DNA of 64,000 bases from Candidatus Latescibacterota bacterium (GCA_965248265.1 CBDFJF010000002.1:3744001-3808000); one strand, 5' to 3'. Positions 19,858-29,343 are shown, numbered from the stretch's first letter. Numbers and translations are program-made. Notes: generated by a model not told the origin, from the sequence alone.

Positions 19858-20150
19858 GGACTCACTCTTGTGGGCTCATTTCCCACCGTCAGTACGCGGT
19901 GCTGGGAACGATTCATCATCAGTTTGTTCTCGGCGATACTCCGGATGATCCCTGGCGTGCTTTTCTGCATGACCCTCGCCCGCAACTTCGATTGGTCTTC
20001 CATCAGGTGCTCGATTCGCCGCTGCGCTTCACTCGCACGCCTCGAAGCGTCCTCGAACTGCACCTTGCTCCAGACAAAAAGGGTCGTACTGCCGATGGCC
20101 ACCACCACCAGAGCAAGTTGACGAGCGAACGAGATACCGGACGCGCCCAT
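19854..20150 (-). CDS. ftsL: Cell division protein FtsL-like
   Basis: Small TM + coiled-coil protein between rsmH and ftsI; TGATG coupling to rsmH. Confidence 0.75.
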   Translation of the reverse strand: MGASGISFARQLALVVVAIGSTTLFVWSKVQFEDASRRASEAQRRIEHLMEDQSKLRARVMQKSTPGIIRSIAENKLMMNRSQHRVLTVGNEPTRVSP

Positions 20151-21094
20151 CAATCCAGCTTCTCGTACACTCGAAGGCGCGCGCTGCGTCCACGACTATT
20201 GCGTGCGACTTCGGACTCGTCAGCCCGAATAGGCTTGCGTGACAGCGATCTGAATTGCGGCCTTCGCCCGCAGGCGCAGATGGTCAGGCGCGGTGGACAG
20301 ATGCATCCCTTCATGAGCTCTCCCAATTTCACCTTTACCAGGCGATCTTCCAACGAGTGGTAGGATATCACAGCCAACCTGCCACCAGGTGCCAGCGCCG
20401 AAATGACCCCGTCGAGACCATCGCTCAACCGCTGCAGCTCCCCGTTCACGGCGATACGCACTGCCTGAAACACGCGGGCAAGGGTTTTGGTAAGATGCTT
20501 GGGACCTGTGGCGGCGACGGCCCCTCGTAGCTGCCCTGTCGTTTCCATGCCATCGCCGGCGTCTCGGCGCCGGCAGATTGATCGAGCAATACGTCGGGCC
20601 GATCTCTCCTCGCCGTATTGCTTTATCAAACCCACCAGGTCGGCCTCCGATACGCGCGCCAACAATTGGTCTGCAGGCACCCCAGAGCTGCAGTCCATGC
20701 GCATATCAAGAGGTCCGTCCTGGTGGTAACTGAAACCCCGCTCAGCCGTATCGATCTGATGTGACGAGACACCCAGGTCGAACAACGCCCCGGCCAATGG
20801 GCGTTCCCCCTCCCGCTCAGACAGGATCTGACCGATATCCGCGAAATCGCCATGTACTATCTCCACGCGATCGCCGAACGACTGGCGCAACGGACCCAGG
20901 TGAACGACGGCGTCGGAATCCTTGTCCAGCGCAATTACCCGCCCATCCTCTGCAAGTTCGTCCAGTATGGCGCGAACATGCCCTCCTCCGCCAGCGGTGG
21001 CATCGAGGAACAGGCCGGATGGGTCACCAACCAGATTGGCGACCACCGGTTCGACCATGACTGGGTCGTGGTAAGAGGTCTTATCACTACACAC
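20150..21094 (-). CDS. rsmH: 16S rRNA m4C1402 methyltransferase
   Basis: YHDPVM, DATAGGGGH, DLGVSSHQID, GPLDMRM, FQAVRIAVN, ISYHSLEDR; start trimmed to GTG 21094. Confidence 0.96.
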   Translation of the reverse strand: MCSDKTSYHDPVMVEPVVANLVGDPSGLFLDATAGGGGHVRAILDELAEDGRVIALDKDSDAVVHLGPLRQSFGDRVEIVHGDFADIGQILSEREGERPLAGALFDLGVSSHQIDTAERGFSYHQDGPLDMRMDCSSGVPADQLLARVSEADLVGLIKQYGEERSARRIARSICRRRDAGDGMETTGQLRGAVAATGPKHLTKTLARVFQAVRIAVNGELQRLSDGLDGVISALAPGGRLAVISYHSLEDRLVKVKLGELMKGCICPPRLTICACGRRPQFRSLSRKPIRADESEVARNSRGRSARLRVYEKLD

Positions 21095-21539
21095 TGTTCC
21101 CGAAATCCAACGTCTCGGCCACTTCTTCCAGGGTCTGCTCGGCTTGCTGCATGTAGGTGTGCCAGGTGTCCGGATCCCAGAATTCCAGTTTGTCCAGGGC
21201 ACCGATTATGATCATGCGATCAGATATCCCGGCCCGTTCCAGCAGTTTGCGCGTCAATGCTGCCCGCCCCTGCTTGTCGAGCTTGACCTTCGCCGCCTGT
21301 GAAAGCATCCCGCGGTAATACAGTCGCACCCGCTGCTCGGTTTGAGGCATCTGCATCATGCGCTCGGCAATCCCACCCCAGATTCGTTGGGGATACGCCG
21401 TCAGACACCCATCGAGGCCACGAACGACTACCACGGTGTCACCGTCTTCCGGCAGCAACTCCCGCCGCAATTCAGCGGGTATGAATACCCTGCCCTTGTC
21501 ATCAACGGGGACTTCAAACTCCCCCAGGAACTGCGACAT
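21087..21539 (-). CDS. mraZ: Transcriptional regulator MraZ
   Basis: FLGEFEVPVDDKGRVFIP and DKQGR repeats; first gene of the dcw cluster. Confidence 0.96.
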   Translation of the reverse strand: MSQFLGEFEVPVDDKGRVFIPAELRRELLPEDGDTVVVVRGLDGCLTAYPQRIWGGIAERMMQMPQTEQRVRLYYRGMLSQAAKVKLDKQGRAALTRKLLERAGISDRMIIIGALDKLEFWDPDTWHTYMQQAEQTLEEVAETLDFGNSV

Positions 21540-21624
21540 ATGAGCTCACATCTCGTCGGTGAGTGGATCTTCCACCAGAGTCCCATCTTTGTACACCAAT
21601 ACACACCCTTTTCCACCACCACAA

Positions 21625-21653
21625 AGTATAGTCCCACCACTTCGGGGAGTCAA
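21625..21653 (-). promoter_or_regulatory. Sigma70-type dcw promoter with MraZ-box-like GTGG repeats
   Basis: TTGACT-17bp-TATACT; several GTGG(G/T/A) repeats across about 21570-21640. Confidence 0.75.
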
Positions 21654-21804
21654 GAGAAAAATCTCGACTGACGACCCACTTGGATCAATTAATGTAAGAA
21701 GTTGTTTATTTTACACTTACGAGAAACAGAAGACAATCTAGCGGGCCCGAAGGGTGACAGAAATGAACTGGTGGCTCTGCAGTGAGAATACTGCTTGGAG
21801 CGCG

Positions 21805-22416
21805 TCAGGACAGAGGTTTCTTCTCCATCACCCGGCGGTTGATTTGCTTGCCTTTGGCAAGAAACTTGTCCTCGTAATTGGTGCGGACCCCTTCCCACGC
21901 CATCTCGGTTTTGGCCAGGCCATCCTCCCTTTCCAGGGTCTCAACCATAACCTCAAAATAGTCGTCGTGATCGGTGGCCAAGCGCAGCAGCCCTCCCACA
22001 CGCAGAGTTCGAGTGATTTCGCGCACGAAACCATCATCGAACAAACGGCGCTTGTGATGACGCTTCTTGGGCCAGGGATCGGGGAAGTAGAGATGGAACG
22101 CCTGCACTGAGTCGGCGGGAAGAAAGAATTCGACAAACTCTCGTGCATCAGCCCGTACCAGGCGCACGTTGGTCAAGCCTCGCTTGTCGCAGCGCGCCAG
22201 GGCCAGACGCAGGTATTTCCGTGCCCACTCGATGCCGAAGAAATTCACCTGTGGTTGGCGCTGTGCCTGATCGATCAGAAAACGGCCCTTGCCGATCCCG
22301 AGTTCCACTTCGACCGGGTTGCCATTCCCGAATACATCGGCACAACAGAGAACGGGATCATCCTCGCCGCGATCCTCCAACGTCAACAGCAGTTCGCTCG
22401 ATGTCTCGTCTTGCAC
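21805..22416 (-). CDS. trmB: tRNA (guanine-N7)-methyltransferase
   Basis: ELGIGKG, FFGIE, FPDPWPKKRHHKRRL, LATD, TNYE. Confidence 0.96.
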   Translation of the reverse strand: MQDETSSELLLTLEDRGEDDPVLCCADVFGNGNPVEVELGIGKGRFLIDQAQRQPQVNFFGIEWARKYLRLALARCDKRGLTNVRLVRADAREFVEFFLPADSVQAFHLYFPDPWPKKRHHKRRLFDDGFVREITRTLRVGGLLRLATDHDDYFEVMVETLEREDGLAKTEMAWEGVRTNYEDKFLAKGKQINRRVMEKKPLS

Positions 22417-22483
22417 CGTTCGTTGACCTGAAGACGCCGCACCTCAGGCCGGCACGACCAACTAATCGTGGATACAGAAGCCG

Positions 22484-23749
22484 CTACCCGGCCGCCTCGT
22501 TGTGTTGAGAAGGTAGACCGCAGAACTGATCGTAATCGATCAACTCGGTCACCGATGGACTGTCACCGCACGCCGGACACTCCGGGTCACGGCGCAGCTT
22601 CAGTTCGCGGAATTTCATGTCCAACGCATCGTAGAGAACCATGCGGCCGACCAGGCTTGCCCCTTGTCCCAACACCAGCTTGACGACTTCGGTCGCCTGA
22701 ATCACACCGATGATGCCGGGCAGAACACCCAGGACCCCCCCTTCCGCGCAGCTGGGGACTTCCCCGGGAGGAGGAGGCTCGGGGTACAGGCACCGATAGC
22801 ATGGCCCGCCTTCAGCGGGATGGTATACCGTCGCCTGTCCCTCAAAACGGAAAATGCTACCATCGACAACAGGCTTGCCCGTCAGCACGGCCGCGTCGTT
22901 GACGAGGTAGCGTGTGGGGAAATTGTCGCAACCGTTGACGATAATGTCGTAGTCCTTCATGACATCCATGGCATTGTACGAGGTCAGCAATTCAAAGTGC
23001 GTGTTGATCCTCACACCTGGATTGAGATCCAACAGGCGTTCCTTGGCAGCTTCTACTTTCGGCTGGCCTACACTGCCTTCGCCGAAGAGCACCTGGCGTT
23101 GTAGATTGCTCTTGTCGACGACGTCGGCATCGACCAATCCGATGGTACCGATGCCGGCGGCTGCGAGATAGAGCGCCGTCGGACAACCCAAGCCGCCCGC
23201 TCCAACCAGCAACACCTTCCCCTTCAACAATTGCTGCTGACCACTTTCTCCGACTTCCGGCAAGAGGATGTGGCGTGAGTACCGCTGTAGATCTTCGTCC
23301 GATAGCAGGCCGTCCTGCTCGAGGCCGAAGCCGGCCTCCTTCCACCCCTTGACGCCCCCGATCATCGATGCGACATCGGTGTATCCCATGGACTCCAAGT
23401 CACGGGCCGCCAGGGCTGAGCGACTGCCACCAGCGCAGTAGACGACGATCGGCGCATCTCGGTCCATGGTCACATCTTCCTCGACGTTTAGTTCGAGGAA
23501 ACCGCGTGGAATCAACGAGGCCCCGGCTATGTAACCGTCCATGACTTCGTCACGTTCACGTATGTCCACCAGATGCTTGATCGCACCTGACTCCAGTCCG
23601 CGCTGGGTCTCTGCGGGAGTGATCTCCGTTATCTCAGCTTTCACACGATCGAGCAGCTGGCTCGATGTAAGACTCATCGTCGATTGCCCTCCATCTCTTC
23701 CATTGGTGTTTACAGTTGGTGATTCAGTGACTGACGCCTTCGACTTCAT
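22484..23749 (-). CDS. moeB: Rhodanese-MoeB/ThiF fusion (sulfur-carrier adenylyl/sulfurtransferase)
   Basis: N-terminal rhodanese (DIRE, YCAGGSRS), then RYSRHILLPE, GAGGLG, SNLQRQ, CYRC and CPAC Zn motifs. Confidence 0.9.
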   Translation of the reverse strand: MKSKASVTESPTVNTNGRDGGQSTMSLTSSQLLDRVKAEITEITPAETQRGLESGAIKHLVDIRERDEVMDGYIAGASLIPRGFLELNVEEDVTMDRDAPIVVYCAGGSRSALAARDLESMGYTDVASMIGGVKGWKEAGFGLEQDGLLSDEDLQRYSRHILLPEVGESGQQQLLKGKVLLVGAGGLGCPTALYLAAAGIGTIGLVDADVVDKSNLQRQVLFGEGSVGQPKVEAAKERLLDLNPGVRINTHFELLTSYNAMDVMKDYDIIVNGCDNFPTRYLVNDAAVLTGKPVVDGSIFRFEGQATVYHPAEGGPCYRCLYPEPPPPGEVPSCAEGGVLGVLPGIIGVIQATEVVKLVLGQGASLVGRMVLYDALDMKFRELKLRRDPECPACGDSPSVTELIDYDQFCGLPSQHNEAAG

Positions 23750-24959
23750 GAACGGGATGCTGGCGCCCCATTTCCTCTACCACTCGTTCGATAGCACCCT
23801 CGACCTCATGACGTGTGGTGAAACGCCCCAGGCCGAAGCGCACCGAGGAGAACGCCTCGGAATCGGTGACGCCGATCGCGCGCAATACATGCGATGGCTC
23901 CGACGTGCCGGAGGCACAGGCTGAACCGGACGAGAGGGCGATGTGTTCGCGCAGTCCGACGAGCAATTGCGCGCCGTCCACTTCACCCAAGCGCAGATTC
24001 AAGCACCCTGGTAATCGGTACTCCGGGTGTCCGTTTAAATGTACATCCCGCAAGCGTCGCGCAAGGCCTTCGTGCAAATTATCTCGCAATTCCGTGATGC
24101 GGGCAGCTTCCGTTCCCATCTCCGCCGTCGCCAGAGCGCACGCGGCACCCAGGCCAACAATCCCGGGAACGTTGAGCGTACCCGATCGCAGCGCCCGTTC
24201 CTGTCCCCCGCCCTCGATCTGCGCCCGCAAACGCACCCGCGGGTTCCGCCCGCGCACGAACAAAGCCCCCTGTCCCTTCGGCCCGTACATCTTGTGGGCT
24301 GATATCGACATCAAGTCCACCCCCAACGCCTCGACATCCAACAGGATCTTGCCCACAGCCTGCGCCGCGTCACAATGGACGAGAGCCCCGCGTTCCTTGG
24401 CGAGCGAGGCGATCTCCCGTATCGGTTGTATGGTACCGATCTCGTTATTGGCCGCCATGATGCTGACGAGGATGGTGCCATCATCGAGGACATCGCGCAA
24501 TTCGTCGAGCTCGATACGACCGTGGCGATCCACGGCGAGGCGCGTGACCTCGAAGCCCTCCGACTCCAGCGCTGTGCAACAATCCAGCACGGCGGGATGC
24601 TCGGTTGCGCAGGTGACTATGTGTTTTCCTCGTTCGCGATGGAAGGCGGCAACACCCTTGATCGCCAGGTTGTTGGCCTCCGTCGCTCCACTCGTAAATA
24701 CGATTTCCCGCTCAGCGGCACCGATGAGTTCAGCCACCTGCTGTCGAGCCAGGTCGACGGCCGCAGCAGCCGACCATCCAAAGGAATGGCTCTTGCTCGA
24801 GGCATTGCCGAAGTGGGTGGTGAAATACGGCAACATCGCCTCGAGCACCCGAGCATCGACGGGTGTCGTCGCTAGATTATCTAGATAGAGTGGGAGGTCC
24901 GGAGCCTGAGTGGACTCAGAAACTGAAGGACTCGCCGCAGCCACAGGTTGTGCGAGCAT
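23724..24959 (-). CDS. iscS: Cysteine desulfurase (IscS/NifS class I); start uncertain (24959 or 24944)
   Basis: YLDNLATTP, FTSGATEANN, EHPAV, SAHKMYGPKG, RSGTLNVPG, SSGSAC. Confidence 0.93.
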   Translation of the reverse strand: MLAQPVAAASPSVSESTQAPDLPLYLDNLATTPVDARVLEAMLPYFTTHFGNASSKSHSFGWSAAAAVDLARQQVAELIGAAEREIVFTSGATEANNLAIKGVAAFHRERGKHIVTCATEHPAVLDCCTALESEGFEVTRLAVDRHGRIELDELRDVLDDGTILVSIMAANNEIGTIQPIREIASLAKERGALVHCDAAQAVGKILLDVEALGVDLMSISAHKMYGPKGQGALFVRGRNPRVRLRAQIEGGGQERALRSGTLNVPGIVGLGAACALATAEMGTEAARITELRDNLHEGLARRLRDVHLNGHPEYRLPGCLNLRLGEVDGAQLLVGLREHIALSSGSACASGTSEPSHVLRAIGVTDSEAFSSVRFGLGRFTTRHEVEGAIERVVEEMGRQHPVHEVEGVSH

Positions 24960-25239
24960 TCGGATTTTCGACCTGGAACCCTGACCCCATCAGCCCGTCG
25001 TCGAAATTTAATGTGACGCCGCTGAGGTAGAGACTACTCTTGGGATCGATGAATACTTTGACACCATTGGACTCGATAACCTGATCGAGTTCGCCCGGTG
25101 TACCTGCAAACTCCAGCTTGTACTGAAAACCGGAACATCCGCCGCCGGTGACAGCCAAGCGCAAGCCTGCCTTCTCGCCGCCTTCAGCGTCCAGTAGGGA
25201 TCGAATTTTTGCCGCTGCCGTATCCGTTACCTTTATCAT
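24916..25239 (-). CDS. iscA: A-type Fe-S carrier (IscA/ErpA/HesB)
   Basis: GGGCSGFQY, NPNARTTCGCGESF. Confidence 0.95.
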   Translation of the reverse strand: MIKVTDTAAAKIRSLLDAEGGEKAGLRLAVTGGGCSGFQYKLEFAGTPGELDQVIESNGVKVFIDPKSSLYLSGVTLNFDDGLMGSGFQVENPNARTTCGCGESFSF

Positions 25240-25282
25240 CGTATCTACTCCATCCTTACCCGCTCTTGTTCAACCCTGCTGT

Positions 25283-25747
25283 TCAACCATCATAAATCGC
25301 GCATTGAATCAGGTCGGGCACGTCCTCCTGCTTCTGGTACACATCACAAGAGCTGCAATTGCGTTCGAACACCTTCTCCTGGCAACAGAGGCAATCCCTC
25401 AAGACCTCTATCCCTCTCGTCGCCCGCTCCCTCATATCCCTGTAGTGAGAGATGCGGTCATCAATCTCCTGCTGCTGGCTTTCCAACAACCCAATCATGG
25501 CACGTGCCAGGTCGGACCCGGTTTCGACGCTGTCACGCAGACAGAACAACTCGCGAATACGCTCGAGCTCGAACCCCAGGGCCTTGAGGCTCTGGATAAT
25601 CTCGAGACGACGAAGCTGATCCTCTCCGTAGCGCCGAAAACCGCCGTTCGAACGCTCCTGGGGAACGATCATCCCCAGCTCTTCATAGTATCGAACCGTG
25701 CGCGTCGAGACCCCGGCCCGGGCCGCCAAATCGCCGATCTGTATCAT
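25283..25747 (-). CDS. MerR-family regulator with C-terminal Cys cluster
   Basis: IGDLAARAGVSTRTVRYYEELG...GFRRY HTH; coiled coil; C-terminal CLCC-x7-CSSC plus one further Cys. Confidence 0.9.
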   Translation of the reverse strand: MIQIGDLAARAGVSTRTVRYYEELGMIVPQERSNGGFRRYGEDQLRRLEIIQSLKALGFELERIRELFCLRDSVETGSDLARAMIGLLESQQQEIDDRISHYRDMRERATRGIEVLRDCLCCQEKVFERNCSSCDVYQKQEDVPDLIQCAIYDG

Positions 25748-25801
25748 TCGAAAGTTAAGCATTGACAAGGGGTTCTGCTATTTTGCAGTCTGGATTGGTT
25801 G

Positions 25802-25830
25802 AATATACACATCCACTTTTGGAGTGTCAA
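25802..25830 (-). promoter_or_regulatory. Sigma70-type promoter of the merR-iscA-iscS-moeB operon with internal palindrome
   Basis: TTGACA-17bp-TATATT; ACACTCCA-aaag-TGGAtGTGT spans the spacer. Confidence 0.75.
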
Positions 25831-26029
25831 CGAAGCTACTCCTCCCTGGAGCGCGTACCTTTGCAAGGTGTTTTAGACCATGCGAGGGCGCTAGCGGTAG
25901 CAGCCGGTGCTGGCGCTGAATCTGACTAAACGACCTGGCGTGCAACTTTCGCCCACTCTTTGACGTCTAAGATGAACCTGTTTGGAAGGATGAAAGCTCC
26001 CATCAACTAATGGATATCGCTCTCCGTAT

Positions 26030-26692
26030 ATGCTGACGACCATCTGCAAGGCCGCCACACGCCTCACTTTGAGCTGCGTCCGCCGTCGCGTCACACCTCT
26101 GCTGACGATCGCCATCACCCTGCTCGCAGGCCTTACCGAGGCCACGACAGTCGCCCGTCTCAGTCTGGCGGATCTTTCCGATAACGCGGCGTGCATCTTC
26201 GTCGGCACCTGTGAGCAGGTCAAAGTGGTCAGCATCGAGGGACGGATCTATTCGCGATATCAGTTCTCTGTAAACGAAATCGTCAAAGGTGAGGACCCCG
26301 GACAAGCTCAGATAGAGGTCTCCCTACCCGGAGGTGAACTGGAGGGGCGCATCCAACGCCTCGCCGGCATGCCGGATTTTACACCTGGCGAGGAGACCGT
26401 TCTCTTCCTGACGAGCCACAACGCTTCCGGCCACGCCTGGCCTGTCGGACTGAGCCAGGGTGCATTCGCCGTACACGGTGACCGCGGCCGAGGCGAAGCC
26501 AGGGTCTTCCGACGGCTCTCGGGAATCAGACTATTGAACACGGATGGAGCCAGTGCCGCCAAGAGCACAATGCCGGCAGCGGCGGCATTGGATCCGCTGG
26601 ATGGCGGCATCGCTCTGGAAGATTTCCTATCCCAGGTGCGCGCAATCCTGAATCCGGATCCAGACTCGCTCGGTCAACCGAAGGTTCGGTGA
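26030..26692 (+). CDS. Secreted hypothetical protein, probable partner of the downstream metalloprotease
   Basis: Signal peptide ending TEA-TT; ATTVARLSLADL...IFVG...VNEIVKG...LPGG...GMPDFTPGEETVLFL...PVGLSQG pattern; 12 bp from the next gene. Confidence 0.7.
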   Translation: MLTTICKAATRLTLSCVRRRVTPLLTIAITLLAGLTEATTVARLSLADLSDNAACIFVGTCEQVKVVSIEGRIYSRYQFSVNEIVKGEDPGQAQIEVSLPGGELEGRIQRLAGMPDFTPGEETVLFLTSHNASGHAWPVGLSQGAFAVHGDRGRGEARVFRRLSGIRLLNTDGASAAKSTMPAAAALDPLDGGIALEDFLSQVRAILNPDPDSLGQPKVR

Positions 26693-26704
26693 GTCAGCGC
26701 GATT

Positions 26705-29317
26705 ATGAATAGTTCGACATCAATTAGTTCGACATCAATGAAGTCTTCCAGAATGGTCGTGGTGCTGATGATGATTCTCGGTCTCCATACCGCGGCGGAC
26801 GCTTTCCTGGCGCAGACCTACCAGACCCGCTCTGGCGGAGTAGTCAGGCTGCGCTGGGCAAGCGATGAGGTGACCTACCTGATCGATGAAACGGGATCAG
26901 ACGACATTCCGGCCGCAACCGCCATCTCCATCCTGCAGGAGAGTTTCGAAGTCTGGACGGAAGTCAACTCCTCATCGCTCCGGCTGATTGACGGCGGCAT
27001 CTCCAGCGGAAGTTCGCCGGTCTCGTCAGACCGCCGCAACCTGGTGATTTTCGATGAACTCGGCACCTGGCTGGATCCACCACCGGGTTCAGGGGTCATC
27101 GCCGTCACTCGCATCGAGTCCAACTCGGATGGATTCATTACCGACGCCGACATCATCTTCAACGGTCGCGACTTCGCATTCACGAGCGGAGTCGGCGGCC
27201 GGGCCATCAACCTCAAGGATGTCGCCGTACACGAAGTTGGCCATTTGATTGGCCTCGACCACACTCCGCTTCAGGGATCGGCTGCGACCAGGCCGACGAT
27301 GAACCCGTTTTACAATGGAGATGGCCCGGGAGAAGCGAGCTCGTTGGAACCCGATGACCTTGCGGGAACCAGTTACCTCTACCCCGGCCCGGGTTTTTCC
27401 CTGGCCACCGGGATCATAGCCGGCTCCGTGTTCGATGGCGGTGGCGATGCCGTCTTCGGTGCCCATGTCACGGCCGAAAACGTCGCGACCGGAGAGCTCT
27501 TCAGTACGCTCAGCGGCGCCTATCCCGACCTGAGCGATCCCGGAAGCTACTTCCTCTTCGGTCTTACCCCGGGTAGTTATCGATTGCAGCTGGCTGCGGT
27601 TGGAGGCGGTATCACCGATGAAAACTTCGCGGGCGTATTCGAAGATTTCACCACCGGTTTCCCCCTGGAGTACTACGACAATGCGTTGCTGTCCTCCCTC
27701 GCTGTTCTCGTCGACGTGCAATCGGGACAACAGACCTCCGGTGTGGATTTTGTCACTGGTTTCGAAGTCATCGAGGGTTCGATCGTGCCCCTTGCCATCC
27801 CCAACAGTACACCCGACACCGCTGGACCGTACCGGGTTGAGGTGATGGCCACTCAGGCTCAAGAGGTGTTGCTGACGTACAGGATAGAAGGGGCCCCGGG
27901 TGATGGTGAGCGCACCCTGCGGATGCAATCGATGGATGACGGCTCCGTGTACACCACTGAGATCCCCGGCCAATCGATCGACAGCCGCGTGCTCTACCGA
28001 ATCTCGGCGACCAATGAAGACGGAACGATGGTTTCCTACCCGACTTCCGCCGACCGGTGGCTCAGGTTTGACGTGCTCTCTCTTTCAGGGTTGCCGCTCG
28101 CCTTCACGGTACTGCGCGACGACGGCGTCGTCGGCGTGTTCGACACCGGCAGCGAACTCGAACTCGCCCGCATCCCCGTCGGCAGTGAGCCCATTCAGAT
28201 CCTGCGCAGCTTCGACGGCCGCTTGTTGTTTGTTTCCAATCTCGCTTCGAACGACATCACCGTTCTGGAGACCGCCACGTTCCAGACCTCAGCCAGGATC
28301 GATGTGTCCGCGCAGCCCCTCGACCTGGCACAGGCGCCCGATGGGAGCGTCGTCTACATCGCCAATTCCGACGCCTCCGTTCTGACAACCCTCGATGTCC
28401 AGACACTGCAAACACGGGAAATCGTTGTTCCCGATCTGGAAGACGGCCCCTTCGGCGTGGCCGCGACATCTGAGAGGGTTTTTGTGTCCGACATGGGCAC
28501 GAACGAAATCATCTCGCTCGATCTCGATGGCGGCGTCATCGCCCGCGTGCCGGGTCCAGACTCGCCCCGCTCTCTGGCCGTAAGCCCGGACGAGCGCACC
28601 CTGTATTCGACCAGTTTCACGACACCACAGCTCGCCGTCTTCGACACCCAGAGCATGCAGCTGACAGGCTTGCTGGACCTGCCTCTCACCGGCAGCTTTG
28701 CCATCGGTGTAACCCCCGACGGCCGCAAGCTGTACGTGACCGGGCATCTCGACAACGCGGTCGTCGTAGTCGATGCCGTCGAGCTCGGAATCCTTACCAG
28801 CATAACCATCGGAGACAACCCGCGAGGCGTCTCGTTCTCCCCCGATGGCACAACCATGATGGTGACGAGTGCCGAATCGGACCAGATTCACCTCGTCGAC
28901 ACAGCGTTGGACGAGATCATCGGATCCTACAAGATCAGTGGACAACCCCGTGGGATTGCCATCATCGACCCGCCCAGCTTCGAAGAAGACCTGCCCACCG
29001 CAGTCCTGGAACCACCGCTACCGAGTGACTTTTCACTGATCCAGCCGTTCCCCAATCCCTTCAACTCCGCGATCCAGATACCGTTCACGATCCCCGAGCA
29101 GACGGCAGGATCCGGTGAACCAGCGTCCATGCTCGTCTACGACATGCTCGGACAGCGGGTGAAGACGCTCGTTAGCGGATTGGTCCAGCCGGGTCCACAC
29201 AAGGTGGTCTGGGATGGCAAGGATGACGGCGATAACACGGTGGCTTCCGGGACCTACATACTTCTGTTGCGTGCAGCCCATGCACGCGCCACTGCAAAAA
29301 TCATGTACGTGAGGTGA
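26705..29317 (+). CDS. Secreted matrixin (M10) metalloprotease with Ig-like domains, YVTN/YncE beta-propeller and FlgD-Ig/T9SS-like C-terminal domain
   Basis: Signal peptide; HEVGHLIGLDH metzincin motif; Met-turn PTMNP; repeated (S/T)PDG..LYV blades; PFPNPFN...VYDMLGQRVKTL...WDGKD...SGTY tail. Confidence 0.88.
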   Translation: MNSSTSISSTSMKSSRMVVVLMMILGLHTAADAFLAQTYQTRSGGVVRLRWASDEVTYLIDETGSDDIPAATAISILQESFEVWTEVNSSSLRLIDGGISSGSSPVSSDRRNLVIFDELGTWLDPPPGSGVIAVTRIESNSDGFITDADIIFNGRDFAFTSGVGGRAINLKDVAVHEVGHLIGLDHTPLQGSAATRPTMNPFYNGDGPGEASSLEPDDLAGTSYLYPGPGFSLATGIIAGSVFDGGGDAVFGAHVTAENVATGELFSTLSGAYPDLSDPGSYFLFGLTPGSYRLQLAAVGGGITDENFAGVFEDFTTGFPLEYYDNALLSSLAVLVDVQSGQQTSGVDFVTGFEVIEGSIVPLAIPNSTPDTAGPYRVEVMATQAQEVLLTYRIEGAPGDGERTLRMQSMDDGSVYTTEIPGQSIDSRVLYRISATNEDGTMVSYPTSADRWLRFDVLSLSGLPLAFTVLRDDGVVGVFDTGSELELARIPVGSEPIQILRSFDGRLLFVSNLASNDITVLETATFQTSARIDVSAQPLDLAQAPDGSVVYIANSDASVLTTLDVQTLQTREIVVPDLEDGPFGVAATSERVFVSDMGTNEIISLDLDGGVIARVPGPDSPRSLAVSPDERTLYSTSFTTPQLAVFDTQSMQLTGLLDLPLTGSFAIGVTPDGRKLYVTGHLDNAVVVVDAVELGILTSITIGDNPRGVSFSPDGTTMMVTSAESDQIHLVDTALDEIIGSYKISGQPRGIAIIDPPSFEEDLPTAVLEPPLPSDFSLIQPFPNPFNSAIQIPFTIPEQTAGSGEPASMLVYDMLGQRVKTLVSGLVQPGPHKVVWDGKDDGDNTVASGTYILLLRAAHARATAKIMYVR

Positions 29318-29321
29318 TTGA

Positions 29322-29342
29322 CTGACTGCAGGATGCAGTCAG
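29322..29342. terminator. Hairpin between convergent matrixin and cysK genes
   Basis: ctgactgca-gga-tgcagtcag; no U-tract. Confidence 0.45.
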
Positions 29343-29343
29343 C

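Noticed and set aside
25935-25952. Sigma54 promoter upstream of the protease operon
   Set aside because: TGGCGTGCAACTTTCGC does not give the obligatory GG-N10-GC spacing.
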